Below are positions 27,955 to 38,837 of a stretch of DNA of 58,342 nucleotides, piece by piece. Made by a program: the position numbers and the translations under genes. The stretch is taken from assembly GCA_016868535.1 (NCBI GenBank), contig VGGQ01000003.1, forward strand, positions 1-58,342, written 5' to 3'. The notes beneath the pieces are model-generated. The model was given only the letters and a program-made list of their open reading frames with translations, was not told where the DNA came from and searched no databases. The stretch's first letter is position 1, and each line of letters opens with the position of its first letter. The stretch comes from Bacteroidota bacterium (GTDB taxonomy: Bacteria; Bacteroidota; Bacteroidia; NS11-12g; UBA955).

Positions 27955-28719
27955 TTAATAATCTCCGTACACATCTGTTAAGGCCTCAAAACCGGTTTCT
28001 GTTATCAGCACTGTATGTTCGTACTGTGCACTCAGCTTGCCATCAATGGTTCTTGCGGTCCAACCATCCTTCCTGTCAACTTTACAACGAGCCTTACCTG
28101 CATTAATCATGGGCTCAATCGTAAAAATCATACCCGGCTTGAGAATGGGACCTGTATTTTTCTCTGCAATGTGCGAAACTTCAGGGTCTTCATGAAATTT
28201 TATCCCTACGCCATGACCACAAAACTCATATACAACCGAATATCCATATTTATGGGCATGCTCTGCAATATGATAACCAATATTGTTGAGGTGATTTCCG
28301 GGAAAACACTGTTCCAGGCCTTTTCTGAGACATTCGCGTGTTACAGTCATTAATTTTTTGGCATACTCGGTTGCTTCGCCCACCACATACATTCTGCATG
28401 TATCGCCAAAATACCCATCCAATAGGGTGGTTACATCCACATTCACTATATCACCCCATTTTAATTCGTATGAATTAGGCACACCATGGCAAATCACATC
28501 GTTGGGCGAAATACATGAAGCATACTGATAACCTTTATATCCTTTGGTTGCCGGAATCGCGCCATGGTCGCGTATGAACTTCTCTGTTATATCATTAATG
28601 GCCAATGTGGTTATGCCAGGCTGTATGTGAGATTCCAGAAATTTAAGTATTTTGGCTGCAAGCCTGCTGCTCTTTCGGATTCCTTCAATTTGCTCAGGGG
28701 TTTTGATGATAATTCCCAC
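27955..28719 (-). CDS. map: Type I methionine aminopeptidase
   Basis: ICHGVPN, DVTTLLDGYFGD, GHGVG, FTIEPM, EHTVLIT metal-ligand blocks. Confidence 0.92.
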   Translation of the reverse strand: MGIIIKTPEQIEGIRKSSRLAAKILKFLESHIQPGITTLAINDITEKFIRDHGAIPATKGYKGYQYASCISPNDVICHGVPNSYELKWGDIVNVDVTTLLDGYFGDTCRMYVVGEATEYAKKLMTVTRECLRKGLEQCFPGNHLNNIGYHIAEHAHKYGYSVVYEFCGHGVGIKFHEDPEVSHIAEKNTGPILKPGMIFTIEPMINAGKARCKVDRKDGWTARTIDGKLSAQYEHTVLITETGFEALTDVYGDY

Positions 28720-28796
28720 GAATGCAAAATTAGTGTTAAAACATAGCCGAGCACTGAATTATTATGCATAATTACATACTATTCGGATAAAAAACA

Positions 28797-28804
28797 TAAT
28801 TTTG
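28797..28804 (+). promoter_or_regulatory. Bacteroidota -7 promoter motif (TAATTTTG)
   Basis: Exact TAnnTTTG match, 26 nt upstream of the hppA ATG. Confidence 0.4.
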
Positions 28805-28829
28805 CACCCCTATTTTCAAGCAACTCAAT

Positions 28830-31208
28830 ATGAATACTGAGATATTGTACCTGATTCCTGCCTTCGGTCTGGTAGGTCTGATTGTGATGGTGGTTAAAAG
28901 TGCCTGGGTATCCAAACAAGATGCCGGAGATGAAAAAATGCAGAACCTGTCTAGGAAGATTGCCCGTGGTGCCATGGCTTTTCTGCGTGCCGAATGGAAA
29001 GTGCTCAGCTACTTTGCTGTTATCGCTGCTTCCTTGCTGGCCTACAGCGGTACAATTAAAGAAGTAAACGGGATTATCATTCACTCTCACTGGATTATTG
29101 CCATTGCCTTCCTTATTGGTGCGTTCTTATCTGCCCTTGCCGGTTACTTCGGCATGAACATAGCCACAAAAGCTAACGTAAGAACCACACAGGCCGCCCG
29201 CAGCAGTTTGTCAAAAGCATTGAATGTTTCATTCAGCGGTGGTACCGTTATGGGTCTTGGTGTTGCGGGCCTGGCCGTATTAGGACTGGGTGGTTTGTTT
29301 ATTGTCTTCTATAACATGTTTTATGCCGGAAGTGGAGAAGACATCACCGGCGATAAAATGAAGACTGTCATTGAAGTTTTGACAGGTTTCTCCTTGGGAG
29401 CGGAATCTATTGCTTTGTTTGCCCGTGTGGGTGGTGGTATTTACACCAAAGCAGCCGATGTGGGTGCCGACCTGGTAGGTAAAGTAGAAGCCGGCATTCC
29501 TGAAGATGATCCCCGCAACCCTGCCACCATTGCCGATAACGTTGGTGACAATGTAGGTGATGTTGCCGGTATGGGTGCTGATCTTTTTGGCTCTTACGTT
29601 GCAACTATCCTTGCTACCATGGTATTGGGACAGGAAATCTCTGTTACAGACAATTTTGGTGGCATGTCCCCTATCCTGCTCCCCATGGTAATTGCTGGCA
29701 TGGGTCTAATATTCTCTATCATTGGAACCTTCTTTGTAAGAATCAGGGACGATAATGGCAACGTACAGCAAGCCCTTAACCTTGGCAACTGGTCGTCAAT
29801 TATCCTCACTGCTATTGCTTCTTATTTTACCGTTACCATGCTTCTTCCTGAGAAACTCGAACTGCGTGGTGTTGAGTTCACCTCTATAAGTGTATTTTAT
29901 GCCATTATAACGGGGTTGGTGGTAGGTGCTATCATGAGCTGGATTACTGAATACTACACTGCCATGGGTAAAAAACCTGTACTTTCAATTGTAGAAAAGT
30001 CGGGCACCGGACATGCAACCAACATTATTAGTGGTTTGTCTGTGGGCATGGAGTCAACTGTTATTCCTATCATAACACTGGCTGCCGGTATCTTCCTCTC
30101 CTACATGTTTGCAGGCCTGTATGGTGTAGCCATTGCTGCTGCCGGTATGATGGCCACAACTGCCATGCAGCTTGCCATCGACGCTTTCGGCCCAATTGCT
30201 GACAACGCCGGTGGCATTGCCGAAATGAGTGATTTACCCGAAGAAGTGCGTGGCCGTACTGATATTCTCGATGCGGTTGGCAACACAACCGCTGCTACAG
30301 GTAAAGGGTTCGCCATTGCTTCGGCCGCACTTACCTCGCTGGCACTGTTTGCTGCCTTTGTGGGTGTAGCTGGTATTTCAGGCATCGATATTTACAAAGC
30401 ACCCGTTCTTGCTGCCTTATTTGTAGGGGGTATGATACCTTTTATTTTCTCGGCCCTTGCCATTTCTGCAGTAGGATCAGCCGCTATGGATATGGTGAAG
30501 GAAGTACGCCGTCAGTTCCGTGAGATTCCTGGAATCATGGAATACAAAACCGAACCCGAATATGAGAAGTGCGTTGAAATAAGCACCAAAGCTTCAATCC
30601 GTCAGATGGTAGCACCAGGTGCCATTGCGCTCGTTTCCCCTTTGCTGGTAGGTTTCCTATTCGGTCCTGAGGTTTTGGGCGGTTTGCTCGCGGGTATTAC
30701 CGTTAGCGGAGTACTGATGGGTATTTTCCAAAACAACGCCGGTGGTGCATGGGACAATGCTAAAAAATCATTTGAAAAAGGTATACAGATTGATGGTGAA
30801 ACGTATTACAAAAAATCAGAGCCCCACAAAGCGTCTGTTACAGGCGATACCGTGGGTGATCCTTTCAAAGACACCAGCGGCCCCAGTATGAACATCCTGA
30901 TCAAGTTAACGGCCATTGTATCGCTGATAATAGCTCCTTATATTGCCGGTGGCAATGGCATTCTGGGTGGAAGTAATGAAAAAGAATGCTGTAAAGCCAA
31001 AACCGAACAGTGCGATGACCAATATGCAACCGCAGGTAAATGCGATATGCGCAAATGTGCAACCATGACCAAAGACGAATGCGAAAAGCATTGCGATAGC
31101 ATGGGTTGTACCGACGAAGAAAAAGCCGAGTGCATGAAAATGTATGATGAAAAAGGCAACTACAAAGGCAAGGTAGACAAGCCCTGCTGCAAAGAAGATA
31201 AAAAATAA
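28830..31208 (+). CDS. hppA: Membrane-bound proton/sodium-translocating pyrophosphatase with Cys-rich C-terminal extension
   Basis: [51 protein letters not shown]. Residues 707-792 are a non-membrane tail with 11 Cys. Confidence 0.92.
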   Translation: MNTEILYLIPAFGLVGLIVMVVKSAWVSKQDAGDEKMQNLSRKIARGAMAFLRAEWKVLSYFAVIAASLLAYSGTIKEVNGIIIHSHWIIAIAFLIGAFLSALAGYFGMNIATKANVRTTQAARSSLSKALNVSFSGGTVMGLGVAGLAVLGLGGLFIVFYNMFYAGSGEDITGDKMKTVIEVLTGFSLGAESIALFARVGGGIYTKAADVGADLVGKVEAGIPEDDPRNPATIADNVGDNVGDVAGMGADLFGSYVATILATMVLGQEISVTDNFGGMSPILLPMVIAGMGLIFSIIGTFFVRIRDDNGNVQQALNLGNWSSIILTAIASYFTVTMLLPEKLELRGVEFTSISVFYAIITGLVVGAIMSWITEYYTAMGKKPVLSIVEKSGTGHATNIISGLSVGMESTVIPIITLAAGIFLSYMFAGLYGVAIAAAGMMATTAMQLAIDAFGPIADNAGGIAEMSDLPEEVRGRTDILDAVGNTTAATGKGFAIASAALTSLALFAAFVGVAGISGIDIYKAPVLAALFVGGMIPFIFSALAISAVGSAAMDMVKEVRRQFREIPGIMEYKTEPEYEKCVEISTKASIRQMVAPGAIALVSPLLVGFLFGPEVLGGLLAGITVSGVLMGIFQNNAGGAWDNAKKSFEKGIQIDGETYYKKSEPHKASVTGDTVGDPFKDTSGPSMNILIKLTAIVSLIIAPYIAGGNGILGGSNEKECCKAKTEQCDDQYATAGKCDMRKCATMTKDECEKHCDSMGCTDEEKAECMKMYDEKGNYKGKVDKPCCKEDKK

Positions 31209-31266
31209 CATTGGAAAGGCCGCCATCCACTGGTATCCTCTTTTGTTAATGCATTTTTGAACTTAT

Positions 31267-32239
31267 ATGACTTTTAACCCTTCCATTCCTATCATCAAAC
31301 CTAAATGGAACGGCAATCCCCTTGATAATAAAGGTTGATTTTGCAACCGCGAATCCGCATATCCCAAAATTCAAAGATGTTTGGAGATGGCAAACCGTTA
31401 CACGCTTTTTTAAAAAAGAAAAACTGGATTTTTGGAAACCCGAAATCCCTGCCGATAGCCTCTTCAGGCGTAAAAATGACGACTGCCTGATATGGCTTGG
31501 ACATGCCTAGTTTTTTTGCGGTTAAACGATACATCCATGCTGATTGATACGGTTCGGTTTAATGTCCGGTTTTTAAATCACAGGGTAAAACAGCCATATC
31601 CTCCACACACATTCGGAGAGATATATTATAAATATTGGTATACCATGACCACCACGACCAGTGCAACGAAAAATCACTGGAAAGATTGATGCGTTTAAAC
31701 CCAAGAGCCACAATCATCGCAGGACTTAATATGGGCAGGCTCATCCGCAAATGGGGCCACAACCATTTGGTGGATATGGGCTGGTACCCGAAATTTAATG
31801 GTTTTGAAAACATCAAAATAACATATATGCCAGCAAGATGCTGGGAGCAACGTATGCTCAGGGATACAAATAGGCGTTTGTGGGGTGCATTTGTTATAGA
31901 ATCAGGCGACAAACCAATTTATTTTGGGGGCGATAGTGACTATGGGAGTCATTTTAAGGAATTGGGTGAACTTATTTCAGGACTAGATTACACCATGCTG
32001 GGTATTGGTACATTTTATCCTGAGTGGTTCATGCAGCCCTCACACGTGTTTACAGCTGAAGCTGTTCAGGCTTTTTACGATTCTGGCGCAAAACGACTCA
32101 TTCTCATGCATATGGCACACTCGACCTCAGCGACGAATCTGCCGGCCTGCCCATACGATTAATTAAAGAGGCACATGCTGAGGGCAAAACAAACGGACAA
32201 CTAATCCTTCCCAAAATCGGGGAAACATTGTGGGTTTAA
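31267..32239 (+). pseudogene. Decayed MBL-fold hydrolase (NAPE-PLD/Lactamase_B_2-like)
   Basis: Homologous reading runs through frames 1>2>1>0>2: KPKWNGNPLDNKG* / IWLGHA* / LRLNDTSMLIDTV / ILVYHDHHDQC...WGAFVIESGDKPIYFGGDSDYG / GTLDLSDESAGLP...GETLWV*. An extra in-frame TAA precedes the metal motif. The HxHxDH motif has degraded to HDHHDQ. Confidence 0.75.
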
Positions 32240-32297
32240 AGGTATAAAATGTTAATCAAATGCAAGGCGGGTTGAGTAAATTGCACCTTCTGTAATT

Positions 32298-34898
32298 ATG
32301 TGTGCGAAGGAAAAATCAGAAACCCCGCTGATGAAGCAATATTACAACATCAAGGGACAATATCCGGGTGCTTTGTTGCTGTTCAGGGTTGGTGATTTTT
32401 ATGAAACCTTTGAAGAAGACGCTCGCACCGCAAGCAAAATCCTGGGAATCGTACTCACCAAACGTTCCAATGGTTCAGCCTCGGAAATAGACCTGGCAGG
32501 TTTTCCGCATCATAGTTTGGATGTATACCTGCCCAAACTCGTAAGGGCCGGACAACGTGTGGCAGTCTGCGATCAGCTGGAAGATCCGAAACTTACTAAA
32601 ACCATCGTCAAGCGCGGAGTAACAGAATTGGTAACTCCCGGAGTGAGTTATAATGACAAAGTCTTAGAATCAAGGCAGAATAACTATCTATGCTGCCTTT
32701 TCTTAAACCATGACAAAGCCAGCGTGGCATTTCTGGATATTTCCACAGGGGAATTCATGACAACCACCGCCGAAGCAGAATCTGTAAAACGGCTCATCAA
32801 TGGATTTAAACCAGCCGAGGTTATTGCGCCCAAAAGCCAGCAAAAGACGGTTAATGAACTGCTTGGTGATCAGATTTTCAGCCAGTACCTGGAAGACTGG
32901 GTTTTTCAGACTGAATATGCTACCGAAAAGCTGTGCCGCCAGTTTCAGGCTGCCTCGCTGAAAGGATTTGGCATTGCCGAAATGCCTGAGTCAATTATCG
33001 CTGCAGGAGCTTGTCTGCAGTACCTTGACAACACACACCATACACAGGTAAGCCACATTAAAGGTATTCACCGCATTGATGACAGCGAACACTTGTGGTT
33101 GGATGGTTTCACCGTTCGCAATCTGGAACTGCTCTACCCTATTTACCCCGGAGGTATACCCCTTATTGATATTCTCGATCAGACCAAAACCCCAATGGGT
33201 AGCCGCTTGCTAAGAAACTGGCTCATTCTTCCCTTGAAAAAATCTTCTGAGATAGCTTTCCGGCACCAGATAGTTGAATATTTTTATCAGGACCAGACCA
33301 AACTGGTATTTTGCAGGGCCATAGCAGAAAGAATCGGAGATGTTCAGCGCATTATTGGAAAAGTCGCTCTAAACCGTGTAAATCCAAGAGAAATGCTTCA
33401 ATTGGGCAGAAGTTTGCAGGCCATCGAAGAACTTAAAGAAAACCTGAAAGATGCACATCCAGCAGTGAAAGAGCTTACAGGACTTATACAGGATGCACGT
33501 GCTATCATTCATAAACTGCAAAGCACACTATCCGAAGATGCTCCTGCACTGCTCAGCAAGAGCGGTACTATTTTATCCGGCGTACATGCAGAGCTGGATG
33601 AACTGCGCAGTATTGCTTTCGGAGGTAAAGACCATCTGCTGGAAATTCAGAAACGCGAAGTAGAAAAAACCGGTATCAGTAGTTTAAAAATTGGTTTTAA
33701 CAACGTTTTCGGCTACTACCTGGAAGTTACCCATGTGCACAAAGACAAAGTTCCCGATGACTGGTTACGCAAACAAACGCTCACTAATGCCGAGCGCTAC
33801 ATTACGCCGGAACTGAAAAGCTACGAGGAAAAGATTTTATATGCCGAAGATAAAATACTTGCACTCGAACAGCGGCTATGGAATGAACTGGTAGCCTGGG
33901 TAGGTAATTACATTGGATTGCTGCAGCAAAATGCCATCATTGTGGCAAAAATTGATGTTTTAATGGGGTTTGCACACCTCTCATCATCTCAACATTTCAA
34001 CAAACCCGAAATCACAGAAGACCGAGATCTTCAGCTTTACGGATGCAGGCATCCGGTGATTGAAAAACAGCTTCCCCCCGACGAAAGTTATGTGCCAAAT
34101 GACATATCGCTTAATACCGATGAACAAAGAATCGTAATATTAACCGGCCCTAACATGAGTGGTAAAAGTGCAATTCTGCGACAAACCGCATTGGCTGTAA
34201 TTCTTGCACAAATCGGATGTTTTGTTCCCTGTGCTAAAGCTGTAATTGGTGTGGTGGACCGCATTTATACCCGGGTTGGCGCCAGTGACAACATCAGCCT
34301 TGGCGAATCTACTTTTATGGTTGAAATGCTGGAAACTGCGAGTATTCTTAACAACATCAGCGACCGCAGCCTGATATTGCTGGACGAAATTGGGCGTGGA
34401 ACCAGTACCTACGATGGCGTAAGCCTCGCCTGGAGTATTGCCGAATATCTGCAAAGCCACCCTTCCAAACCCAAAACCCTTTTTGCAACGCACTATCATG
34501 AGCTGAATGAGCTAGAAAATAAAATGGAGGGAGTGAAAAATTATCATATAGCCATAAAAGAGCAGGGCAACCGCATTGTTTTTCTTCGCAAACTAAAACC
34601 GGGTGGCAGTGAGCATAGCTTTGGTATTCATGTGGCACAGATGGCGGGGATACCCAATAAAGTACTCTTGAGAGCGAGCGAAATACTTAACCGGCTTGAA
34701 ACAAACCGTTCTGCAATCAGCGACAGAAATACACTGAAGGACAATGCCGCCGTTCCGGTTTACCAGCTCAATATGTTTCAGGCACAAGACCCTAAACTGA
34801 AAGAATTGCAGGAAATCCTTATGAAAATTGATGTTAATGCCATTTCTCCCATAGATGCACTACTGAGATTGCAGGAGCTTAAAAATAAATTATCTTAA
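32298..34898 (+). CDS. mutS: DNA mismatch repair protein MutS
   Basis: TPLMKQYYNIKGQYPGALLLFRVGDFYETF, Walker A GPNMSGKS, DEIGRGTSTYDG, FATHYHEL. Confidence 0.95.
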   Translation: MCAKEKSETPLMKQYYNIKGQYPGALLLFRVGDFYETFEEDARTASKILGIVLTKRSNGSASEIDLAGFPHHSLDVYLPKLVRAGQRVAVCDQLEDPKLTKTIVKRGVTELVTPGVSYNDKVLESRQNNYLCCLFLNHDKASVAFLDISTGEFMTTTAEAESVKRLINGFKPAEVIAPKSQQKTVNELLGDQIFSQYLEDWVFQTEYATEKLCRQFQAASLKGFGIAEMPESIIAAGACLQYLDNTHHTQVSHIKGIHRIDDSEHLWLDGFTVRNLELLYPIYPGGIPLIDILDQTKTPMGSRLLRNWLILPLKKSSEIAFRHQIVEYFYQDQTKLVFCRAIAERIGDVQRIIGKVALNRVNPREMLQLGRSLQAIEELKENLKDAHPAVKELTGLIQDARAIIHKLQSTLSEDAPALLSKSGTILSGVHAELDELRSIAFGGKDHLLEIQKREVEKTGISSLKIGFNNVFGYYLEVTHVHKDKVPDDWLRKQTLTNAERYITPELKSYEEKILYAEDKILALEQRLWNELVAWVGNYIGLLQQNAIIVAKIDVLMGFAHLSSSQHFNKPEITEDRDLQLYGCRHPVIEKQLPPDESYVPNDISLNTDEQRIVILTGPNMSGKSAILRQTALAVILAQIGCFVPCAKAVIGVVDRIYTRVGASDNISLGESTFMVEMLETASILNNISDRSLILLDEIGRGTSTYDGVSLAWSIAEYLQSHPSKPKTLFATHYHELNELENKMEGVKNYHIAIKEQGNRIVFLRKLKPGGSEHSFGIHVAQMAGIPNKVLLRASEILNRLETNRSAISDRNTLKDNAAVPVYQLNMFQAQDPKLKELQEILMKIDVNAISPIDALLRLQELKNKLS

Positions 34899-37180
34899 AA
34901 GGTGTAGTTGCAACCCATAGCGGGTAATAAAGGCAATTGATTTACCCTGACATTATTCACCCTGTCAAAATAGAAAATGTTGTCGCGGTTATATACGTTT
35001 GTTACACTGAGTACCATCTGAAACTGTTTGCTGTCGGATAATTTCCAGGTTCTTTTGGCCGAGAAATCAAGGCGGTGATAATAAGGCAGTCGGCCCGCAT
35101 TGATACTTCCATATAAAATACCTAGATCTCCATTACCGGAAACATAGTCCGTGCTAAGGCCCTGCCCGAAGTTAAACTTCTCGTAATAGCCCTGGGTTTG
35201 CGTAAATGGAAAACCGGATCCAAAATTCCAACGCAGGCTCACTTCGGTAGATTTGGCCTTTCCAGGAAAGGTATAATTCACGAGAATATTGGCGTTGTGC
35301 CTTCTGTCAAATATGGGCTGATAGGTAATTATACCGTCATAGCGTTTCACATACGTTAAGCTGTATACTGCCCAAATATACCAGCGTTTGTCTTCATACT
35401 TAAAGGTAGCGTCTGCACCGTAGGCATCACCGGTTTCAATAATAAAATCCTGACGCAAACGGGCAGGTTTGTTTTGGTTGAACAGGTCATCATTAAAGAG
35501 TTTATCCCGGTTAATGTTGGTAATCTGATCAAACCGCTTATAGAACGCTTCTGTATTGATACTGGTGCGCTTGGTTAGTTGATATTCCACACCGGCCAAC
35601 GCATGACGGGCTTTCTGTAATCGGTCGGTAACCGGCTTTCCATTGAATGTGGCAGGTAAATTTTCAGGCCCGCTTAAGAAGCCATAAAACAAATTCACCA
35701 CATCTCTGTCACTGATTGCCGAAAGCAGGTTCTGACTGTATTTGCCAACTGCCGCTTTAACCGACAGCCATGGAAACGGACTATATTTTGCCTGAATTCG
35801 GGGTTCCAGACTTCCGTTACCGAGTGAAGCATAGTGTTGCCACCTGATGCCGGTTTCAGCCGTAAATTTCTTTCGGATATACTTATAATTGGCAAACGTA
35901 TTTATTTCCGCCGTGGCCTCTTTTTGCTGAATCAGGCGGCTGTTGCTGTTATACAGCACAAAGTCTGTCTGAAAACTATTCATTTCCAAACCCCATTTGA
36001 ACTGATCCTTTTTGAAATTATAAGAAAAGTTCATTCCGATATTAAATCCACCTATGCTGCTTTTGCGTGGTAACCCATCTTTTTCAATCTGGTTGATTGC
36101 GTAATTGCTGTAAAGAAAATAACCATCGAGGCGTGTTTTTGACTGATCGGGAACTACTAGGTACTTTCCGCCAAAACCACTTGAAACCCAGTTATAGCCG
36201 GTGGTATTTGGAAAATCAACCCTGTCGATGAAACGGAAACCATACAGATTGGCATAACCGCCTCCTGCCCCGTTCATACTAAATTTTCCGAAGACATCTC
36301 CGAAGTTATAGGGCAGTTTGTCAGGATTTGCGTAGTTATAAAAAATGCGTGATGATTGCTTCAGGAATGAATTGCGGTATGATAACACGAAAGAACTATT
36401 GCTATTGCCTTTGCTGAATTTCTTAATGGGACCTTCCAACAGAAATTTTCCGTTAAACGTGGTAAGGCCTGCTTTTGCACTGATTTTTTGTTTATTGCCG
36501 TCGCGGGTTCTCACATCGACCACCGCACTAATTCTGCCGCCATACTGGGCACCAAAACCGGCAGTATGAACGTCTGCGCTTTTGATTAGATCGGTTTCAA
36601 AAACCGAAAATAAGCCGATCGAGTGAAAAGGGTTGTAAATAGTCATTCCATCCAGCATGACCTTGTTCATGATAGGCGAGCCACCACGTATATAAAGCTG
36701 CCCTCCCTGATCGCCTGTAAAAACCACACCGGGCATAATCTGCAGATACTGAATGATGTCAGCTTCAGCACCCACTGTTGGTATCTTATAAATTTGCTTT
36801 GGTTCAATGGGGTTCCCGGTAATTCCTGCATCCCGTTTTCTGGCTGCAGTAATTCTCACTTCTTCCATGGATGTTGTTTTTTGCAAATAATGATCTACCT
36901 TCGTGTTAGACCCATTGAAAACTGTAACTTCAGCTGAAATGGTATCAAAACCTGCCGCCCTCACCCACAAACGTTGTTTTCCTACAGTTAATTTGGTTAA
37001 TGAATAGTATCCGTCTGCATCGGTAAGTACCATGCGGCCATCTGACGCAGCCTTCACAATAGCATTGGCTATTCTTTCTCCGGTTTCTGAATTGTAAACA
37101 AATCCTCTTATATCACCTGTCTGAGCTTTTAATGCCCCCACTAGAATACAACAACACACAAATGAAAATAATACACGCAT
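34895..37180 (-). CDS. TonB-dependent receptor with carboxypeptidase-regulatory-like domain
   Basis: Signal peptide. GFVYNSETGERIANAIV. Plug IRGGSPIMNKVMLDGMTIYNP. Barrel ending NYTF. Confidence 0.85.
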   Translation of the reverse strand: MRVLFSFVCCCILVGALKAQTGDIRGFVYNSETGERIANAIVKAASDGRMVLTDADGYYSLTKLTVGKQRLWVRAAGFDTISAEVTVFNGSNTKVDHYLQKTTSMEEVRITAARKRDAGITGNPIEPKQIYKIPTVGAEADIIQYLQIMPGVVFTGDQGGQLYIRGGSPIMNKVMLDGMTIYNPFHSIGLFSVFETDLIKSADVHTAGFGAQYGGRISAVVDVRTRDGNKQKISAKAGLTTFNGKFLLEGPIKKFSKGNSNSSFVLSYRNSFLKQSSRIFYNYANPDKLPYNFGDVFGKFSMNGAGGGYANLYGFRFIDRVDFPNTTGYNWVSSGFGGKYLVVPDQSKTRLDGYFLYSNYAINQIEKDGLPRKSSIGGFNIGMNFSYNFKKDQFKWGLEMNSFQTDFVLYNSNSRLIQQKEATAEINTFANYKYIRKKFTAETGIRWQHYASLGNGSLEPRIQAKYSPFPWLSVKAAVGKYSQNLLSAISDRDVVNLFYGFLSGPENLPATFNGKPVTDRLQKARHALAGVEYQLTKRTSINTEAFYKRFDQITNINRDKLFNDDLFNQNKPARLRQDFIIETGDAYGADATFKYEDKRWYIWAVYSLTYVKRYDGIITYQPIFDRRHNANILVNYTFPGKAKSTEVSLRWNFGSGFPFTQTQGYYEKFNFGQGLSTDYVSGNGDLGILYGSINAGRLPYYHRLDFSAKRTWKLSDSKQFQMVLSVTNVYNRDNIFYFDRVNNVRVNQLPLLPAMGCNYTF

Positions 37181-37218
37181 CCGATACCGCGAAAATACGG
37201 AATTTGAGCGGCATCATT

Positions 37219-37226
37219 TAACTTTG
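37219..37226 (+). promoter_or_regulatory. Bacteroidota -7 promoter motif (TAACTTTG), only 7 nt from the ATG
   Basis: Exact TAnnTTTG. The ATG at 37234 would lie at or within a few nt of the predicted transcription start. Confidence 0.3.
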
Positions 37227-37233
37227 CATCCAT

Positions 37234-37863
37234 ATGATTTATCGTTTTAAGGTTTGGTTTGAAGATCTGGAAGATGTTGTGAGGTGGATTGATATAAAAC
37301 CTTCACACAGTTTTCTCGATTTTCACTATGCAATTCAGGATTCCATAGGCTTTGATAAAAAAGAACCTACCTCTTTTTATATCAGCGATAATAAATGGCG
37401 TAAGCTTTTTGAAATTTGTCTTGATGACATGGGTATGAGCGATTCCGAAAACCCTGAACCCAAAACTTTGATGAAAGATGCACGTTTAATGGATTACATA
37501 AACGATCCGCATCAGCGCTTCATCTACATAACTGATTTTTTGGCTATGTGGACTCTAAACTGCGAGTTGCAAATGATTACCGAAGATGCACCCAAAAAGA
37601 AATATCCTCTTATTTTCAGAAGCGAAGGCAAATCTCCCAGACAGCTGGAAGACAGCCGGTTTAAAATGCTAGATGACGATGAATTTGATGCACTGGCGGC
37701 CAAAATCCTTGCTGCCAAGGCAGGAAAGAATATTATGGACGGCACGGAAGAAGAATTGCTTGATGAAACCGATGATGAAGACGATTTGGAACTAAATGAT
37801 TATGGCGACGGCACAGACGATGATTTTGGCATGGATGGCTTCTCTGAAGTCAGCGAAAAGTAA
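37234..37863 (+). CDS. pRiA4b ORF-3-like family protein with acidic C-terminal tail
   Basis: IYRFKVWFEDLEDVVRWIDIKPSHSFLDFHYAIQDSIGF matches the PRiA4_ORF3 pattern. Tail: DETDDEDDLELNDYGDGTDDDFGMD. Confidence 0.5.
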   Translation: MIYRFKVWFEDLEDVVRWIDIKPSHSFLDFHYAIQDSIGFDKKEPTSFYISDNKWRKLFEICLDDMGMSDSENPEPKTLMKDARLMDYINDPHQRFIYITDFLAMWTLNCELQMITEDAPKKKYPLIFRSEGKSPRQLEDSRFKMLDDDEFDALAAKILAAKAGKNIMDGTEEELLDETDDEDDLELNDYGDGTDDDFGMDGFSEVSEK

Positions 37864-37878
37864 TATCGAAATAATTCG

Positions 37879-38766
37879 ATGAAGCCAAGTATAATAGTAA
37901 TAGCAGGGCCAACAGCTTCCGGAAAAACAGATCTTTCCATAAAAATTGCAGAAAAACTAAAAACCGAAATAATAAGTTTCGACAGCAGACAATTTTACCG
38001 CGAATTAAACATCGGTGTAGCACGCCCTTCACAAAAACAGCTTGCTGCCGTTCCCCATCATTTCATAGCAAACAAAAGTATTCACGAACCCTACAGCGCA
38101 GCTTCCTTTGCCGCCGATGCCCGTATTGCAATAGATGCTATTCTCAGCAAGCACAATCATATGTTACTTTGCGGAGGTACTGGACTTTATCTGAAGGCAG
38201 TTCTTGAGGGACTCAGTGTGCTTCCGGAAATCAAAGCTAGTGTTCGTGAGGAGGTGGAAAAAACATGGGTGAAGGATGGACTTGGGGGCTTGTTAATGTT
38301 AATTGAACGCCTTGACCCGTCGGCTCTTGCCATGATAGAACAGCAAAACCCCGCACGCTTAAAGCGTTTGGCAGAATTACTGCTCAGCACTTCAAACAAA
38401 ACACTAAAGGAAATCTATGCACCACAAATGGCGCAAATCCCATATTCATTTCAAATTTTCAATCTAATTCCCGAAAGAAAGATACTTTACCAAAGCATAG
38501 AGAGTCGCGTGGATGCTATGATGGAGTCAGGCCTACTTGATGAAGCTAAAACGCTGAGCAATTACAGAGAATTGCCTGTTTTGAAAACAGTTGGATACAC
38601 AGAATTATTTGAATATATTGATGGAAGCATAACATTGGATAATGCGGTTTTGAAAATAAAACAAAATACACGAAACTATGCCAAAAGACAGATTACCTGG
38701 TTTAAAAATCAAACAGCGGGAATCATCCTGCAATCGCAAGATGCAGCAGAAAGTCTGTTAAATTAA
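37879..38766 (+). CDS. miaA: tRNA dimethylallyltransferase
   Basis: IIVIAGPTASGKTDLSI, DSRQFYRELNIG, CGGTGLY, AKRQITWF. Confidence 0.9.
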   Translation: MKPSIIVIAGPTASGKTDLSIKIAEKLKTEIISFDSRQFYRELNIGVARPSQKQLAAVPHHFIANKSIHEPYSAASFAADARIAIDAILSKHNHMLLCGGTGLYLKAVLEGLSVLPEIKASVREEVEKTWVKDGLGGLLMLIERLDPSALAMIEQQNPARLKRLAELLLSTSNKTLKEIYAPQMAQIPYSFQIFNLIPERKILYQSIESRVDAMMESGLLDEAKTLSNYRELPVLKTVGYTELFEYIDGSITLDNAVLKIKQNTRNYAKRQITWFKNQTAGIILQSQDAAESLLN

Positions 38767-38791
38767 GTTTACTCATCAACGCACATAAAAT

Positions 38792-38819
38792 AAAAAACGG
38801 GCTTCAAGACCCGTTTTTT
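38792..38819. terminator. Bidirectional rho-independent terminator
   Basis: AAAAAACGGG-cttcaaga-CCCGTTTTTT between convergent miaA and the OmpA-like locus. Confidence 0.7.
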
Positions 38820-38837
38820 ATTTTTATATTTTTAATA

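Noticed and set aside
30901-31230. Three overlapping minus-strand ORFs (109, 106 and 73 aa) opposite the hppA tail
   Set aside because: They are an artefact of the stop-poor, GAA/AAG/TGC-rich coding of the Cys/Lys/Glu tail. All three frames cannot be real, and none has a start context or a motif.
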